NCBI GenBank assembly: GCA_036521875.1
Contig: DATDGX010000138.1
Span: forward strand, 5,875 to 69,874
DNA length: 64,000 bases
Origin: Candidatus Binataceae bacterium
GTDB lineage: Bacteria; Desulfobacterota; Binatia; Binatales; Binataceae
Direction: 5' to 3'
This document shows positions 9,181 to 19,390 of the stretch, piece by piece (the first letter of the stretch is position 1; each line of letters begins with the position of its first letter). The notes beneath the pieces are model-generated. The model was not told where the DNA came from, ran no database searches, and saw only the letters and a list, made by a program, of their open reading frames with translations. The translations under genes were made by a program, and so were the position numbers.

Positions 9181-10341
9181 ATGTCGGAGGTTTCAGGATC
9201 GATGAGTACCGCAATTACACCGTTCCGTATCGCCGCGAGCGACGCCGAACTCGACGACTTGAAACGCCGCTTGCGCACCACGCGATGGCCGGAGCGCGAG
9301 TGCGTCGATGATTGGTCACAGGGTTTGCCGCTCGCCTACGCACAGGAAGTATGTGCCTATTGGCTGGAGAAGTACGACTGGCGCCAACGCGAGTCGCGGC
9401 TCAACCGCTTTGCGCAGTTCAAGACCATCATCGACGGACTCGCGGTACATTTTCTGCACGTTCGTTCGCCTCATCTCGACGCTTTGCCGCTGGTCATGAC
9501 GCACGGCTGGCCGGGCTCGATCGTCGAATTTCAAAAAGTGATCGAACCGCTGACCAACCCGACCGCGCATGGTGGCGATGCCGCCGATGCGTTTCACGTC
9601 GTGTGCCCGTCGCTTCCCGGTTACGGCTTTTCCGACAAGCCCTCTCGCAACGGATGGAACACGCAACGCATCGCGCGCGCATGGTCGGAGCTGATGCCAC
9701 GTCTTGGATACCCGCATTACGCGGCTCAAGGCGGCGATTGGGGTGCGATGGTCACGACCTGCATCGGCATTCAGGATCCGGCCAACTGTGTCGGCATCCA
9801 CTTGAACATGCCGATCGTCTTTCCGGATCCGGCGACCTCGAACGATCTGACTGAAAAAGAGAAGTCTGCGATCGCCGGGATGCAGTACTACAACGATTGG
9901 GACTCGGGATATTCCAAGCAGCAGAGCACGCGCCCGCAGACCTTGGGCTATGGCCTGAGTGACTCTCCCGCGGGCCAACTCGCGTGGATATTGGAAAAGT
10001 TCTGGGCGTGGACCGACTGCGATGGCCATCCGGAGAACGTGCTTACCCGCGACGAGTTGCTTGACAACGTGATGTTGTATTGGCTGCCAGGCACCGCCGC
10101 GTCGTCGGCACGCTTATACTGGGAAAGTTTTCGCTCGCTGCCGACCGATCCGGTTACGATTCCGGTCGGCTGCTCGATTTTTCCAAAGGAAATCTTCCGC
10201 AGCTCCAGGCGTTGGGCCGAGAAAACTTTTGCCAGGCTCGTCTACTTCAACGAACTCGCGAAAGGCGGGCACTTCGCCGCGTTCGAACAGCCGGAAACTT
10301 TCGTGCGCGAGGTGCGCGCCTGCTTCAGAAGCCTGCGGTGA
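9181..10341 (+). CDS. microsomal-type epoxide hydrolase (EH N-terminal domain + alpha/beta hydrolase)
   Basis: It starts just after the tRNA (MSEVSG...). ...FLHVRSPHLDALPLVMTHGWPGSIVEF...CPSLPGYGFSD is the epoxide hydrolase N-terminal domain plus HGWPGS signature. The ORF-track N-terminus at 8956 reads through the tRNA and is rejected. Confidence 0.8.
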   Translation: MSEVSGSMSTAITPFRIAASDAELDDLKRRLRTTRWPERECVDDWSQGLPLAYAQEVCAYWLEKYDWRQRESRLNRFAQFKTIIDGLAVHFLHVRSPHLDALPLVMTHGWPGSIVEFQKVIEPLTNPTAHGGDAADAFHVVCPSLPGYGFSDKPSRNGWNTQRIARAWSELMPRLGYPHYAAQGGDWGAMVTTCIGIQDPANCVGIHLNMPIVFPDPATSNDLTEKEKSAIAGMQYYNDWDSGYSKQQSTRPQTLGYGLSDSPAGQLAWILEKFWAWTDCDGHPENVLTRDELLDNVMLYWLPGTAASSARLYWESFRSLPTDPVTIPVGCSIFPKEIFRSSRRWAEKTFARLVYFNELAKGGHFAAFEQPETFVREVRACFRSLR

Positions 10342-10344
10342 AAC

Positions 10345-10911
10345 CTATGCGCGGCGGCGGGCCCGAAACCGGAACGCGTAGGGGTTTGTGTCGACGCTGA
10401 CGTCGGTGAAGCCGGCGCTTTCCAATCGCCCCGGGAGCGTCGCCGGGTCGACCAGTACCATCGTGTCAAACACGTGAAGGAGCCGGAGCGACTTGCTATA
10501 GACGCTGTCCATCCCGGCGAACACACCAGCAGGGCGCAGAACCCGCGCGACCTCGGCGAACAAGCGGTCCTGCAGCGCCGCGGATTGCACGTGATGCAGC
10601 ATCGTGAAGCTCACCGCGCTGTCGAACGCCGCGGCGGGAAACGACATCGCGGTCGCGTCTCCGTGGAGCACGGTTACGTTCTTGCCCTTCATGCGCTGCG
10701 CCAGCGAATCGCTGAATCCCTGGTCGATTTCGACGCAGGTAAGATGTGCCACACGGCCGCACAAAAGATCGGTCGTCAAGCCCGGACCTGGCCCAACTTC
10801 GAGTACCTCCGAACCCAGCTCGACGTCCTCTAGCGTCCACGGCAGCGCGCGTGTTTCCAGCGTGGCTTTCCATCGATCGGAGCTGCACAGCCAGCGGTGA
10901 AGCAGGTTCAT
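10345..10911 (-). CDS. class I SAM-dependent methyltransferase
   Basis: Contains motif I, LEVGPGPGLTT. An internal ATG at 10911 has a GAGGGGA RBS. Confidence 0.75.
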   Translation of the reverse strand: MNLLHRWLCSSDRWKATLETRALPWTLEDVELGSEVLEVGPGPGLTTDLLCGRVAHLTCVEIDQGFSDSLAQRMKGKNVTVLHGDATAMSFPAAAFDSAVSFTMLHHVQSAALQDRLFAEVARVLRPAGVFAGMDSVYSKSLRLLHVFDTMVLVDPATLPGRLESAGFTDVSVDTNPYAFRFRARRRA

Positions 10912-11140
10912 ACTTGATCCCCTCGGTTCGTGACCTGAACGGGATTTTACTTCCGGAGTGAAGAGCCGTCTTGCGCTATTGCGTCGTGCGATAACGAAAA
11001 TGCGCCACACTCCGGATCTGGCGCGAAGCTCTGAAACTGTCGAAGATGAAACGGAAGCGGAGCGCGCGGCGATGCTTTCCGCTCCGGCGGCGGTGGGAGC
11101 GATTGGGCCGGCGGGTGCCGGCGGAGTCCGCCGGCGCCGG

Positions 11141-12079
11141 TTAGCCGGCGGTGCTGGAGAGGCTCTTCAGGACTTCGATCATCGCTGGTCCTACGATCAC
11201 CGCGATCATCGCCGGCAGCACGAACAAAATCAGCGGAATCAGAATCTTGACCGAGGCCTTCTGCGCCTGCTCTTCAGCCCGAAGCTTGCGCCGCATGCGA
11301 AGCTGATCGGAGCTGGCGTGCAGCGCGGGGGCGACCTGCGCGCCGAGCTGTTCGCTCTGAATCAGAGTCGCGGCGAGAGGCTTGATGTCTTCGACGGCGG
11401 TGCGCTCCGCGAGACTCCTCAGCGCCTGGCCGAGCGAGGCGCCCGCCGAGATGTCGGTCGCAACCAGGTTGAGCTCGAGGCCGATGTCCTGGCCCTGGCG
11501 CTCGCATTCGGCGCCCACGATCTTGATCGCTTCGTAAAGGCCGAGGCCGGCTTCCACGCACACCACCAACAGGTCGAGCACGTCGGAGAGCTGGCGCGAG
11601 ATGTTATTTTGTCGAGTGCGCCCGCGCCGTCCCAGCCAGTAGCTCGGAATAAAGAGTCCAACCCCGGCCCCGCCGACCGTGCACAAGAGCATCGGGCTCG
11701 TCGACCCGTGAGAAATGAAAAATCCGCCCACCAGCCCGAGCGCCGCGCCTGCGATTCCGGACAGCACGCGAATCACCTGGTAGGTCTGGCCGGCGCTGTT
11801 TTTGAGGAACCCCGCCTGCGCCAGGGTCTGGAAGATCTTCTCTCCCTTCGCCGAATCTTTATCCGGCGGAGTGATGCGCTGGGCCGCCCACCTGAAGATC
11901 GTCCGGCCGAGACTTTCATCGGCAAACGCGGTATCACCCTGCGCCACCCGCATCTTGACCGCGATATCGGCAAAGCGCTCGTCAACCATTCGAGTGCGGC
12001 TGAACCATGCCAGGTATACCGAGACCCCGGCCGCGCCGAGCAGAAACATAAACGCGATGCTTACGAATAGAGTGCTCAT
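11141..12079 (-). CDS. tadC: Tad/Flp pilus assembly inner-membrane protein TadC (T2SS-F family)
   Basis: N-terminal TM (MSTLFVSIAFMFLLGAAGV) followed by a T2SSF-like domain. It sits in an operon with tadB and cpaF. Confidence 0.8.
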   Translation of the reverse strand: MSTLFVSIAFMFLLGAAGVSVYLAWFSRTRMVDERFADIAVKMRVAQGDTAFADESLGRTIFRWAAQRITPPDKDSAKGEKIFQTLAQAGFLKNSAGQTYQVIRVLSGIAGAALGLVGGFFISHGSTSPMLLCTVGGAGVGLFIPSYWLGRRGRTRQNNISRQLSDVLDLLVVCVEAGLGLYEAIKIVGAECERQGQDIGLELNLVATDISAGASLGQALRSLAERTAVEDIKPLAATLIQSEQLGAQVAPALHASSDQLRMRRKLRAEEQAQKASVKILIPLILFVLPAMIAVIVGPAMIEVLKSLSSTAG

Positions 12080-12081
12080 GG

Positions 12082-13026
12082 TCAGTAAGTCACCTTCAGC
12101 AGCCAGCGAATCGTGACGATCGCGCAGAAATCCAACACCGCGGCGGTCTTGAGAATTGTCTGTCCGGCCGGATCGTAGAATAGATCGTTGGTGTAGCCGG
12201 GTTGGATCACGGAGAACACGGCGAGAATCGCAAGCGGCAGGAACCCGACCACCATGCCGCCGAGACGTGCTTGCGCGGTAAGCGCTTTAACCTGGAGGCG
12301 CAGCCGCTGCCGAGTCCGAACGATTTCGGAAAGCCGGCCCACGATCTCCGCGAGACTCGAGCCGACCTGGGTCTGCACCTTGACCGCGACCACCAGCAAG
12401 CGGAGGTCGTCCTCCGGGATGCGTCTCAGCAAATCATCGAGAGCCCGAGGCAGCGGCAATCCGATCCTGGTCTGCTCGAGCAGGGTGCGGAATTCACTGC
12501 CCAGCGGATCCGCGAACTCGGCTACCACCACTTGCAGCGCGCGCTGCAGCGAATGACCCGCCTCCAACGAGGACTTGATCAAGTCGAGAGCATAGGGCAA
12601 CTGGTTGGCGAAGGCGCGCAGCCGGCGCGTCCGGCGGAATTGTATGTAGAAGAGCGGTATCACCCCGAGAACCGCTGCAGTGCCCATCGCGAACCACGTG
12701 TCATGCCAGAAGGCCTGCCCGAAAAACAGGCCCGCGCCGAACAGCAGCACCATAACCAGCAGGACGTCGGCGACCCTGGTATACATGCCGGCCTGCCACA
12801 TGCTTTCTTCCAGCCGGCGCAGCAGGTTGGCCTCGTAGACCCATTTGAGCAGTCTGCCTTCCTGCGGCCGCCGTCTGCGCGTGATGTCGAGGTCGTCCTC
12901 TGCGGGACGGGAAATTCGGCGTAAGACCTCGCGGGTCTGCTCGCCGGTGGCGCCGTTGCTGGTGAACACCAGCAGCGCGCCCACGAACACGATCGCGAAT
13001 ATCGACGATGCGATGATCACATCCAT
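12082..13026 (-). CDS. tadB: Tad/Flp pilus assembly inner-membrane protein TadB (T2SS-F family)
   Basis: Starts MDVIIASSIFAIVFVGALLVF at ATG 13026, 5 nt after the cpaF stop. A T2SSF domain follows. The ORF-track upstream extension to 13698 overlaps cpaF and is rejected. Confidence 0.8.
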   Translation of the reverse strand: MDVIIASSIFAIVFVGALLVFTSNGATGEQTREVLRRISRPAEDDLDITRRRRPQEGRLLKWVYEANLLRRLEESMWQAGMYTRVADVLLVMVLLFGAGLFFGQAFWHDTWFAMGTAAVLGVIPLFYIQFRRTRRLRAFANQLPYALDLIKSSLEAGHSLQRALQVVVAEFADPLGSEFRTLLEQTRIGLPLPRALDDLLRRIPEDDLRLLVVAVKVQTQVGSSLAEIVGRLSEIVRTRQRLRLQVKALTAQARLGGMVVGFLPLAILAVFSVIQPGYTNDLFYDPAGQTILKTAAVLDFCAIVTIRWLLKVTY

Positions 13027-13031
13027 GGCGA

Positions 13032-14402
13032 TCACCCCGCCGAGCTTCGAAACAGCTTGGGCTCCAGCTTGTAACCGGCGGCCTCCAGCCGTTGCGCGTA
13101 CACCGACCGAATTCCGCTCGATACGAAGTGCCCCAACACCTGTCCCTCGGGACCGATGCCGGTGCGCTTGAACTCGAATAGATCCTGCATCATCACCATG
13201 TCGCCTTCCATTCCGGCGATCTCCGAGATGCGGAGCACCTTGCGGGTTCCGTCCGACAGGCGCGAGACGTGGACGATGATGTTGAGCGCGGCCGCCACCT
13301 GCTGGCGCATCGCGCGCTGCGGAATCGAAAGCCCCGACAGCAGCATCATCATTTCGAGGCGGCCCAGGCTGTCGCGCGGCGTGTTGGCGTGGATGGTACA
13401 CAGCGAGCCGTCGTGGCCGGTCGACATCGCCTGCAGCATGTCGAAGACTTCGGGGCCGCGGACTTCGCCAACCACGATGCGGTCGGGCCGCATCCGCAGC
13501 GAGTTCCTGACCAGGTCGCGCTGCGTGATCTCGCCCTTGCCTTCGACGTTGGGCGGACGCGATTCGAGCCGCACCACGTGCGGCTGCTGCAGCGATAGTT
13601 CCGCGGAGTCCTCGATGGTGACGATGCGTTCGTCGACCGGCACGAACGCGGACATGCAGTTGAGCATGGTGGTTTTGCCCGAGCCGGTACCGCCGCAAAT
13701 GAGGACGTTGAGCCGGGCGCGCACGATGGTGCGCAGGAAGTCGACGATTTCCGGAATCAGGGTGTTCTTCTCGACCAGGTCGTCGATATTGTAGCGCTTG
13801 CGGCCGAAGCGCCGGATTGACAGCGACGGTCCATCCAGCGCGAGCGGCGGGATGATCGCGTTGATACGCGAGCCATCGGGCAAGCGCGCGTCGACCATCG
13901 GCGACGCTTCGTCGACCCGGCGGCCGACTTGCGAAACGATCCGATCGATGATCAGCATCAGGTGCTGATCGTCCTGGAACTGGACGTCGGTGCTGAACAG
14001 CTTGCCGCGCTTTTCGACGTACACCTGGTTGTGCCCGTTGACCAGGATATCGGTGATCTCATCATCCCACAGCAGCGGCTCCAGGGGCCCCAGCCCCAGC
14101 AGCTCGTTCTTGATTTCTTCGGTCAGCCGCGTGCGGTCGCCCTCGGTCAAGAGGCGGCCGTCCTCATTGAGGATGCTGGTGATCGCTTCGGTGACTTTCT
14201 GCGACGCGAGCGCGGGCTCGAGGCTCTCGAGCCGCGAGACGTCGAGGGTTTCGAACAGTTGATTGTGAACCGCGAGCTTGAGTTGCTGGAAACCCTCGGC
14301 TTGGACGTCGCGTTTCGCTTTCGCCGTGCTGTTCATCAGCGAGCGTTGAAACGGGGCCGGGGTATTGGTGGTCTGCTGGGAAATTCGTTCTACAAGTTTC
14401 AT
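13032..14402 (-). CDS. cpaF: Tad pilus secretion ATPase CpaF/TadA
   Basis: Walker A motif [11 protein letters not shown] and a VirB11/GspE-like ATPase core. Confidence 0.9.
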   Translation of the reverse strand: MKLVERISQQTTNTPAPFQRSLMNSTAKAKRDVQAEGFQQLKLAVHNQLFETLDVSRLESLEPALASQKVTEAITSILNEDGRLLTEGDRTRLTEEIKNELLGLGPLEPLLWDDEITDILVNGHNQVYVEKRGKLFSTDVQFQDDQHLMLIIDRIVSQVGRRVDEASPMVDARLPDGSRINAIIPPLALDGPSLSIRRFGRKRYNIDDLVEKNTLIPEIVDFLRTIVRARLNVLICGGTGSGKTTMLNCMSAFVPVDERIVTIEDSAELSLQQPHVVRLESRPPNVEGKGEITQRDLVRNSLRMRPDRIVVGEVRGPEVFDMLQAMSTGHDGSLCTIHANTPRDSLGRLEMMMLLSGLSIPQRAMRQQVAAALNIIVHVSRLSDGTRKVLRISEIAGMEGDMVMMQDLFEFKRTGIGPEGQVLGHFVSSGIRSVYAQRLEAAGYKLEPKLFRSSAG

Positions 14403-14410
14403 TTCCTACC

Positions 14411-15628
14411 TCAGGAACGGGCTCCGATTGCGAACAGAAGTTTGGAAACCAGCGAGTTGGCGGAATCGTTTTCCACCGTCTCGGGGCTGTCCAGCCGGCG
14501 CGCGATTTCTTCGACCGTTCTTGCCAGCGCCGAGTTGGGCGCGACCTGCCAGAGATCCTGCGCGCTCAGTTGCACGCGGTCGAGAACTTTCTCGTCGCGC
14601 GGAATCCGCGCGTAAAACGCTTTGGCCAGCGTGTGGCTCAGTTGTTCCTCGCTGATCGGATGATGCGAAGCGTGCCGGCTCAGGATGAAATTCGGTTCCA
14701 CGCCGGAGAGCCCCAGGCGCCCGCACAGATCGACGAAGCGCCACGCGCAGCGTGCCGCTCCGATCGATTGATCGAGGACGTAGAACAGATGCTGCGAACG
14801 CTCCCAGGCGGCAACCGTGTTCGCATCGATATGGGTCCCGCAATCGACGATCACGTAGTCGAACAGCTCGCGCATCATCTCTAAAATGGCGCCGATCGCG
14901 GCGTCGTTGACCAGCTCGCTGTCCTCGATCCGCTTGGGCGCCGCGAGCAGGTAGGCGCCCGAGGGATGTTTGCAGAGCGCCGATTCGAGCTGGATCGAAT
15001 CTATCTTCTTTGCGCCTTCGGTGAGCGCCATGATGGTGCGCTCGGGGTCGAGGTTCAGGAATACCGAGAGGCCGCTGGTCTGCAAATCGAGATCGACCAG
15101 CGCCACTTTCTTGTCGAGCGCGTAGCGCAGCGCGAGCGCCAGGTTGCCGGCCAGGCTGGTCACGCCGGTGCCGCCAATAAGACTCACGAACGAACAGATC
15201 TGGCCGCCCTCGACGCGCTCTTCGCGCCGGCGCGTCTCGCTGATCTTGAACAACGCGCGGTGGGCGTCGCCCGCGTCGAGCGGAAGGAACAGCAGTTCAT
15301 CGGCGCCGGCCCGCAGCACCCGCTTCATCAGCTCGGGCGAGCGGTCGTGCAACAGCGCGAAGAGCACCGGATGTCCCGGCGCCGCCGCTTGCGCTTGCAG
15401 GTAGGCGAGCTCCGCGTCGTCATTACCGTTGAACACCACCATCGTGACGTCCGCGGGAATTGCGCTGGACCCGTTGCTGTGCGGAGTCAGCTCCACGATT
15501 TGAAGCGGCGGATCGCCCAGCGCCACCAGCGCGATCCTCACCTCGGTGCGATGCTGGTCGGCATTGCCTACCAACTGCACGCGCAGCGTCCCGCGACCGC
15601 CTTCACTTTTCTTGCCAAGCCCTGCCAC
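14411..15628 (-). CDS. cpaE: Flp pilus assembly protein CpaE/TadZ (receiver-like N-domain + MinD/ParA-like ATPase)
   Basis: Has a deviant Walker A region, SLIGGTGVTSLAGNLA, and VALVDLDLQ. It lies between cpaC and cpaF. Confidence 0.8.
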   Translation of the reverse strand: MAGLGKKSEGGRGTLRVQLVGNADQHRTEVRIALVALGDPPLQIVELTPHSNGSSAIPADVTMVVFNGNDDAELAYLQAQAAAPGHPVLFALLHDRSPELMKRVLRAGADELLFLPLDAGDAHRALFKISETRRREERVEGGQICSFVSLIGGTGVTSLAGNLALALRYALDKKVALVDLDLQTSGLSVFLNLDPERTIMALTEGAKKIDSIQLESALCKHPSGAYLLAAPKRIEDSELVNDAAIGAILEMMRELFDYVIVDCGTHIDANTVAAWERSQHLFYVLDQSIGAARCAWRFVDLCGRLGLSGVEPNFILSRHASHHPISEEQLSHTLAKAFYARIPRDEKVLDRVQLSAQDLWQVAPNSALARTVEEIARRLDSPETVENDSANSLVSKLLFAIGARS

Positions 15629-15734
15629 AGATTTTCCTCTCCCTCAGCCGGTTGCGAGCAGCTCGCTCACCGCCTCATCACCTGGAACCCGAACCGCGCG
15701 CGCGAACCGCGTCGCGCGCTAACGGCTTCATCAG

Positions 15735-17723
15735 CTAGAACCGCGGGCGCGTCGCGTCGGGCTGCGCGAGCGCGCGAGTCTGGATTCCCTGCTGCGTCAG
15801 CTCCGGGGTGTCGTACGGATTGTACGGCTGCCCGCCCTCGGGTAGCGGATTGACGATCTGCGGCGTCACACTCATCACCAGGTCGGTTTCCGTCAAGTTA
15901 TAACTGGTGTTCTTGAACATGGCACCCAGGTACGGGATGTCGCCCAGGTAGGGGACCTTCACCACCTGGGTCTTCTTGCTATGCAGGATAAGGCCCGCGA
16001 TTATCAGGGTCTGGTTGTCGCGCAACCGCACCATCGTTTCCGCGCGCCGCGTGATGAACGCCGGCACCGTGAAACCGAACAGTTGGACGCCTTGGGTCGG
16101 ATCGGGCTCGGACACTTCCGGCTTGACCAGCAACTCGATGTCGTTGAGGCCCACCACCGTCGGCACGAACTCGACCGAGGTGCCGAACTGCTTGAACACG
16201 ATCGAGGTGTTCAACGCTTGCGCGATGACAATCGGTATCTCGCCGCCGGACAGGAACTTCGCCTGCTCGCCGGAGTTGGCCAGCAGCCGCGGCTGCGCGA
16301 GAATCTTTGCCAGGCCGTGCGTCTCCAGGTAGTTGAACAGGAGCTGCGTCTGGTAGTTGCTGTTCCCCGCCGCCAGGCCGTAAACGATATTCGGCGACAG
16401 CAGCATCCCGGTAAGCGATCCACCAGGTAACAGGGTATTAGCGCTTTGAGTAACCACTCCGCTGGGGGACGTGACACTCGACTGAGGTGAGAACGGAGTC
16501 GCCACCGCGCCCGGCAGGCCTACCAGCGAGACGCCGGCATGCGCCAACGCGACCGCGAAATTCGTGCCCTGGTTTTCGAGGTTGTTTTTGTCCAACTCGG
16601 CCACGATCGTATTCAGCAGCACCTGTTGCTTGCCGCTCGGATCGATCCTGACCTGGCGCTCTTCGTAATGACCCTGGGTGTTCCACACCGCCAGCGTCGT
16701 GAATCCGGGCTTATGCCCGATGAGATTGATCTGGTAGGGGTTGACGACCTGGATGTCGGCGATTCCGGTGTCGGCGATCGACACTCGGCGCAGCTTCGAC
16801 GGGAAGTCGATAATCCGCGACGACCCGGTCATCAGCAATACGACGTCTTCAGGCAGGTAATGCGTGCCGCCCGAAACCGAGTCGCTCGAATAACGTCCGG
16901 CCGTATCCAGCACCCCCGGGTTGCTCGAGTAAGCACCGCTTCCCGCCGGCGCCATCTGCTGGCGTATCGGGGGCGGCGCCTGAGTCGGAATTAGCGGCGG
17001 CTGCGGAACGCCTTCCGCAAGCGGAGCTGATGCCGGCGGCGCGGGCGCAAAAGGCGCCGAGCCGTACGGCGGCGCTGAGGTGTCAGGCGCCGGCGGCGTG
17101 TAAGGTGCCGGTGGTGTGTAAGGCGCAACCGACGTTGGCGGCAATGTCCCGGCGCCGCCTGCAACTGTCACCGGTGCGCTCGCGGCGGTCGCCGCGACCG
17201 GGCCCGCGCCGGCGTCGAGTTTCGCGACCACTGGAGTAGCCGACGCCACCTCGGTTCCGCCTGCTGCCGGGCTGCTCGCCGCGTCTTCGGGCTTGGCGGT
17301 CACTGGCGCTGCGGATCCGCTCTTGGAGCCAGTGCCCACGATCGGTCCCGGACTGGTGGCCGGATTGTTGATGTCGAGATTGTTGGCCGCTGCCCTGACC
17401 ACCACGTCATAGGTGACCGCGTCGCCGCTCGCGAGCTTCACCTTGACTGCCCAGCGGCCTTTTTCGGCGCCGAGCAGGGTGACCTTGCCGGGCTCTTCGT
17501 TGTGTACGATGAGCGCGTGCGGGTTGTCGATCACCACGATGCTGGGCGCGTCGCCGGGACTGACATTGTCGATGACGTAGCTCTCACCCGCGTTGAGCGA
17601 GAGCGACATCTGGGCCGGATCATCGGCTGCCAGCAAAGGCGCGGGGCGAATCATCAGCAGGCTTGCCGCAGCCAGCATGAAGGTAAGAAATCCGTATCGT
17701 CGTATAGTTTTCATCGTGTTCAT
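15735..17723 (-). CDS. cpaC: Flp pilus secretin CpaC/RcpA
   Basis: Signal peptide, then a ~170-aa Pro/Ala/Ser-rich linker (PYTPPAPYTPPAP...), then a secretin C-domain (...GDIPYLGAMFKNTSYNLTETDLVMSVTPQIV). Confidence 0.85.
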   Translation of the reverse strand: MNTMKTIRRYGFLTFMLAAASLLMIRPAPLLAADDPAQMSLSLNAGESYVIDNVSPGDAPSIVVIDNPHALIVHNEEPGKVTLLGAEKGRWAVKVKLASGDAVTYDVVVRAAANNLDINNPATSPGPIVGTGSKSGSAAPVTAKPEDAASSPAAGGTEVASATPVVAKLDAGAGPVAATAASAPVTVAGGAGTLPPTSVAPYTPPAPYTPPAPDTSAPPYGSAPFAPAPPASAPLAEGVPQPPLIPTQAPPPIRQQMAPAGSGAYSSNPGVLDTAGRYSSDSVSGGTHYLPEDVVLLMTGSSRIIDFPSKLRRVSIADTGIADIQVVNPYQINLIGHKPGFTTLAVWNTQGHYEERQVRIDPSGKQQVLLNTIVAELDKNNLENQGTNFAVALAHAGVSLVGLPGAVATPFSPQSSVTSPSGVVTQSANTLLPGGSLTGMLLSPNIVYGLAAGNSNYQTQLLFNYLETHGLAKILAQPRLLANSGEQAKFLSGGEIPIVIAQALNTSIVFKQFGTSVEFVPTVVGLNDIELLVKPEVSEPDPTQGVQLFGFTVPAFITRRAETMVRLRDNQTLIIAGLILHSKKTQVVKVPYLGDIPYLGAMFKNTSYNLTETDLVMSVTPQIVNPLPEGGQPYNPYDTPELTQQGIQTRALAQPDATRPRF

Positions 17724-17743
17724 CTCGCCTCGGGTGGCCTTTC

Positions 17744-18898
17744 TTAAGGCACCTCGATGGTCTTCGGAGTAGGCGAATAGGTCGCATCTGTGGAACTGGT
17801 TGATAGCGCCGGCATGACTCCACTTGCCGCAGCCCTGGAACCCGCGGGCGGAGCGCCGAGCGCGGAAGCGCTCATCGGCGCGCTCACCGGCACGCCCGCC
17901 GATGAACTGTCGTTGCTCGAGACCGGCGATATCGGCGCGGCGCTATCGTGATCAGCCGAGCCAGCGCTAGCAGCCGGCGCGGGACTGCGCGCCGGAGCGG
18001 CGGCGTCGTCGGTGGAACTGGCCTGTTGCGATCCGTTGATGAAGGAGACCGACTCCGAGCTCTTGCCGTTACGCAGGATTTCGATCTCAAACGGCCTGAC
18101 TCGGGGCCGCGGCGCTGCGGCCCGGCGCACCGACGGCTGCGCGCTGATTACGGGCACGCTTTCAGGCTCGGTGCTGTAAGCGTGCAGCATCTGCGCGACG
18201 CTCGAGCCGCTGGTCAGCACGATCTTGTTGTCGTTGTAGTTGCGCATCGCCAGGCGCAGGATTCCTTCGTGGTTCGCGAGCGTAAGCCGCTCGGCCTCCT
18301 GCGGCGTCACCAGCAGCGTCACCACCTTGACGACGCTCGGCTCGTCCTTCTTCTTTTCGATTTCCTGGGCTACCGCCAGAACCTCGACGTTCTGCAGGAC
18401 GACTTTGGAGAACGGCTTGTTTTCGGCGCCTATACCGCTGCCGCTGCTAGAGACCGCCACCAGTACGTCCACGCGGCTGTGGGGAAGTACGAAGCCCGCG
18501 ATGTCGCTGACTTCATCAACCGGCACCGAGACCGCGCGCATCCCGAACGGAATCAGCAGAGGCATAACGCCCGCGGTCTTCTCGCCCAGGAACAGCTTGT
18601 TTGCGACGACCGGCTCGTTAGTGGCTAGCGTGCTTTTGACGTAGCTGCCGACTATTTCTTTGGGGTCGGTGTACGCGCCTTCCGGCACGCTGTCGCTCGA
18701 CCATCGCGCCAGCTTCAGTTCGCCCGGCTCGATCTTGGTGCCCAGCGGCAGATCGTAGGCGGCCACGACGACTTCCACGTTCTTGGCCAACGCGCGCTCG
18801 GTTTCGGCCTCGCGCGACCTGAGCGCGGAGTACACCACCACCCACGCCAGCACCGCCAATACGGCGGCGAGCGCGATGAAGATCACCGGTCGTCTCAT
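17744..18898 (-). CDS. cpaB: Flp pilus assembly protein CpaB (SAF domain) with long Ser/Ala/Pro-rich C-terminal extension
   Basis: N-terminal TM MRRPVIFIALAAVLAVLAWVV and a CpaB/SAF region (..AAYDLPLGTKIEPGELKLARW..). The last ~130 aa are low-complexity. Confidence 0.8.
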   Translation of the reverse strand: MRRPVIFIALAAVLAVLAWVVVYSALRSREAETERALAKNVEVVVAAYDLPLGTKIEPGELKLARWSSDSVPEGAYTDPKEIVGSYVKSTLATNEPVVANKLFLGEKTAGVMPLLIPFGMRAVSVPVDEVSDIAGFVLPHSRVDVLVAVSSSGSGIGAENKPFSKVVLQNVEVLAVAQEIEKKKDEPSVVKVVTLLVTPQEAERLTLANHEGILRLAMRNYNDNKIVLTSGSSVAQMLHAYSTEPESVPVISAQPSVRRAAAPRPRVRPFEIEILRNGKSSESVSFINGSQQASSTDDAAAPARSPAPAASAGSADHDSAAPISPVSSNDSSSAGVPVSAPMSASALGAPPAGSRAAASGVMPALSTSSTDATYSPTPKTIEVP

Positions 18899-19390
18899 GT
18901 TTCCCCTCCCGTCCGGCCGTCGAACTGCAGGCCGGCTGCGGATTCAAAAATTTTCATTTACGGACGGCTCGATCGCGATCTAATAGTCACCGTTGAGCAA
19001 ATAGAACACACTGGAGATGTCACAGCCTAAAATCCACAGCCTATGACGATCAGCGATGCGATTTGTTCAAATGCGATGCCAAAGTCGCATCATCAGCCAA
19101 TATTAACTCCCCGAAACCGCCTATTTTCTGGTAGCGGTCCGCGTCTCATGGTCTCTTCTGAAACGTCCGGTAGTGATAAAGGAACAATTTGTACTATCTC
19201 ATCGATGGAAATCAGTCCATTAAGCAGCTTGAAGCATCCAGAGGTCAGCATAAATCACGATTGACCAGCGTCCGACATGAAATAGCCTGTAACGCGGCGT
19301 ATGGCAAGGACCGTAATCCATGTCTAAAATGGTGTAGACAGCTCAAAGCGTGTCATCGCACTGGCTATCCCAAAAGAACGACAAAAAAAA

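Noticed and set aside
18936-18998. 20-codon uORF (MKIFESAAGLQFDGRTGGET) overlapping the cpaB start
   Set aside because: It is too short and has no RBS. The GGGGAAAC sequence it contains is more simply the cpaB RBS.
19043-19264. 73-aa ORF inside the AT-rich region upstream of cpaB
   Set aside because: Its composition (Ser/Ile/Pro-rich, no motif) looks like random translation of an AT-rich leader, and it has no RBS.
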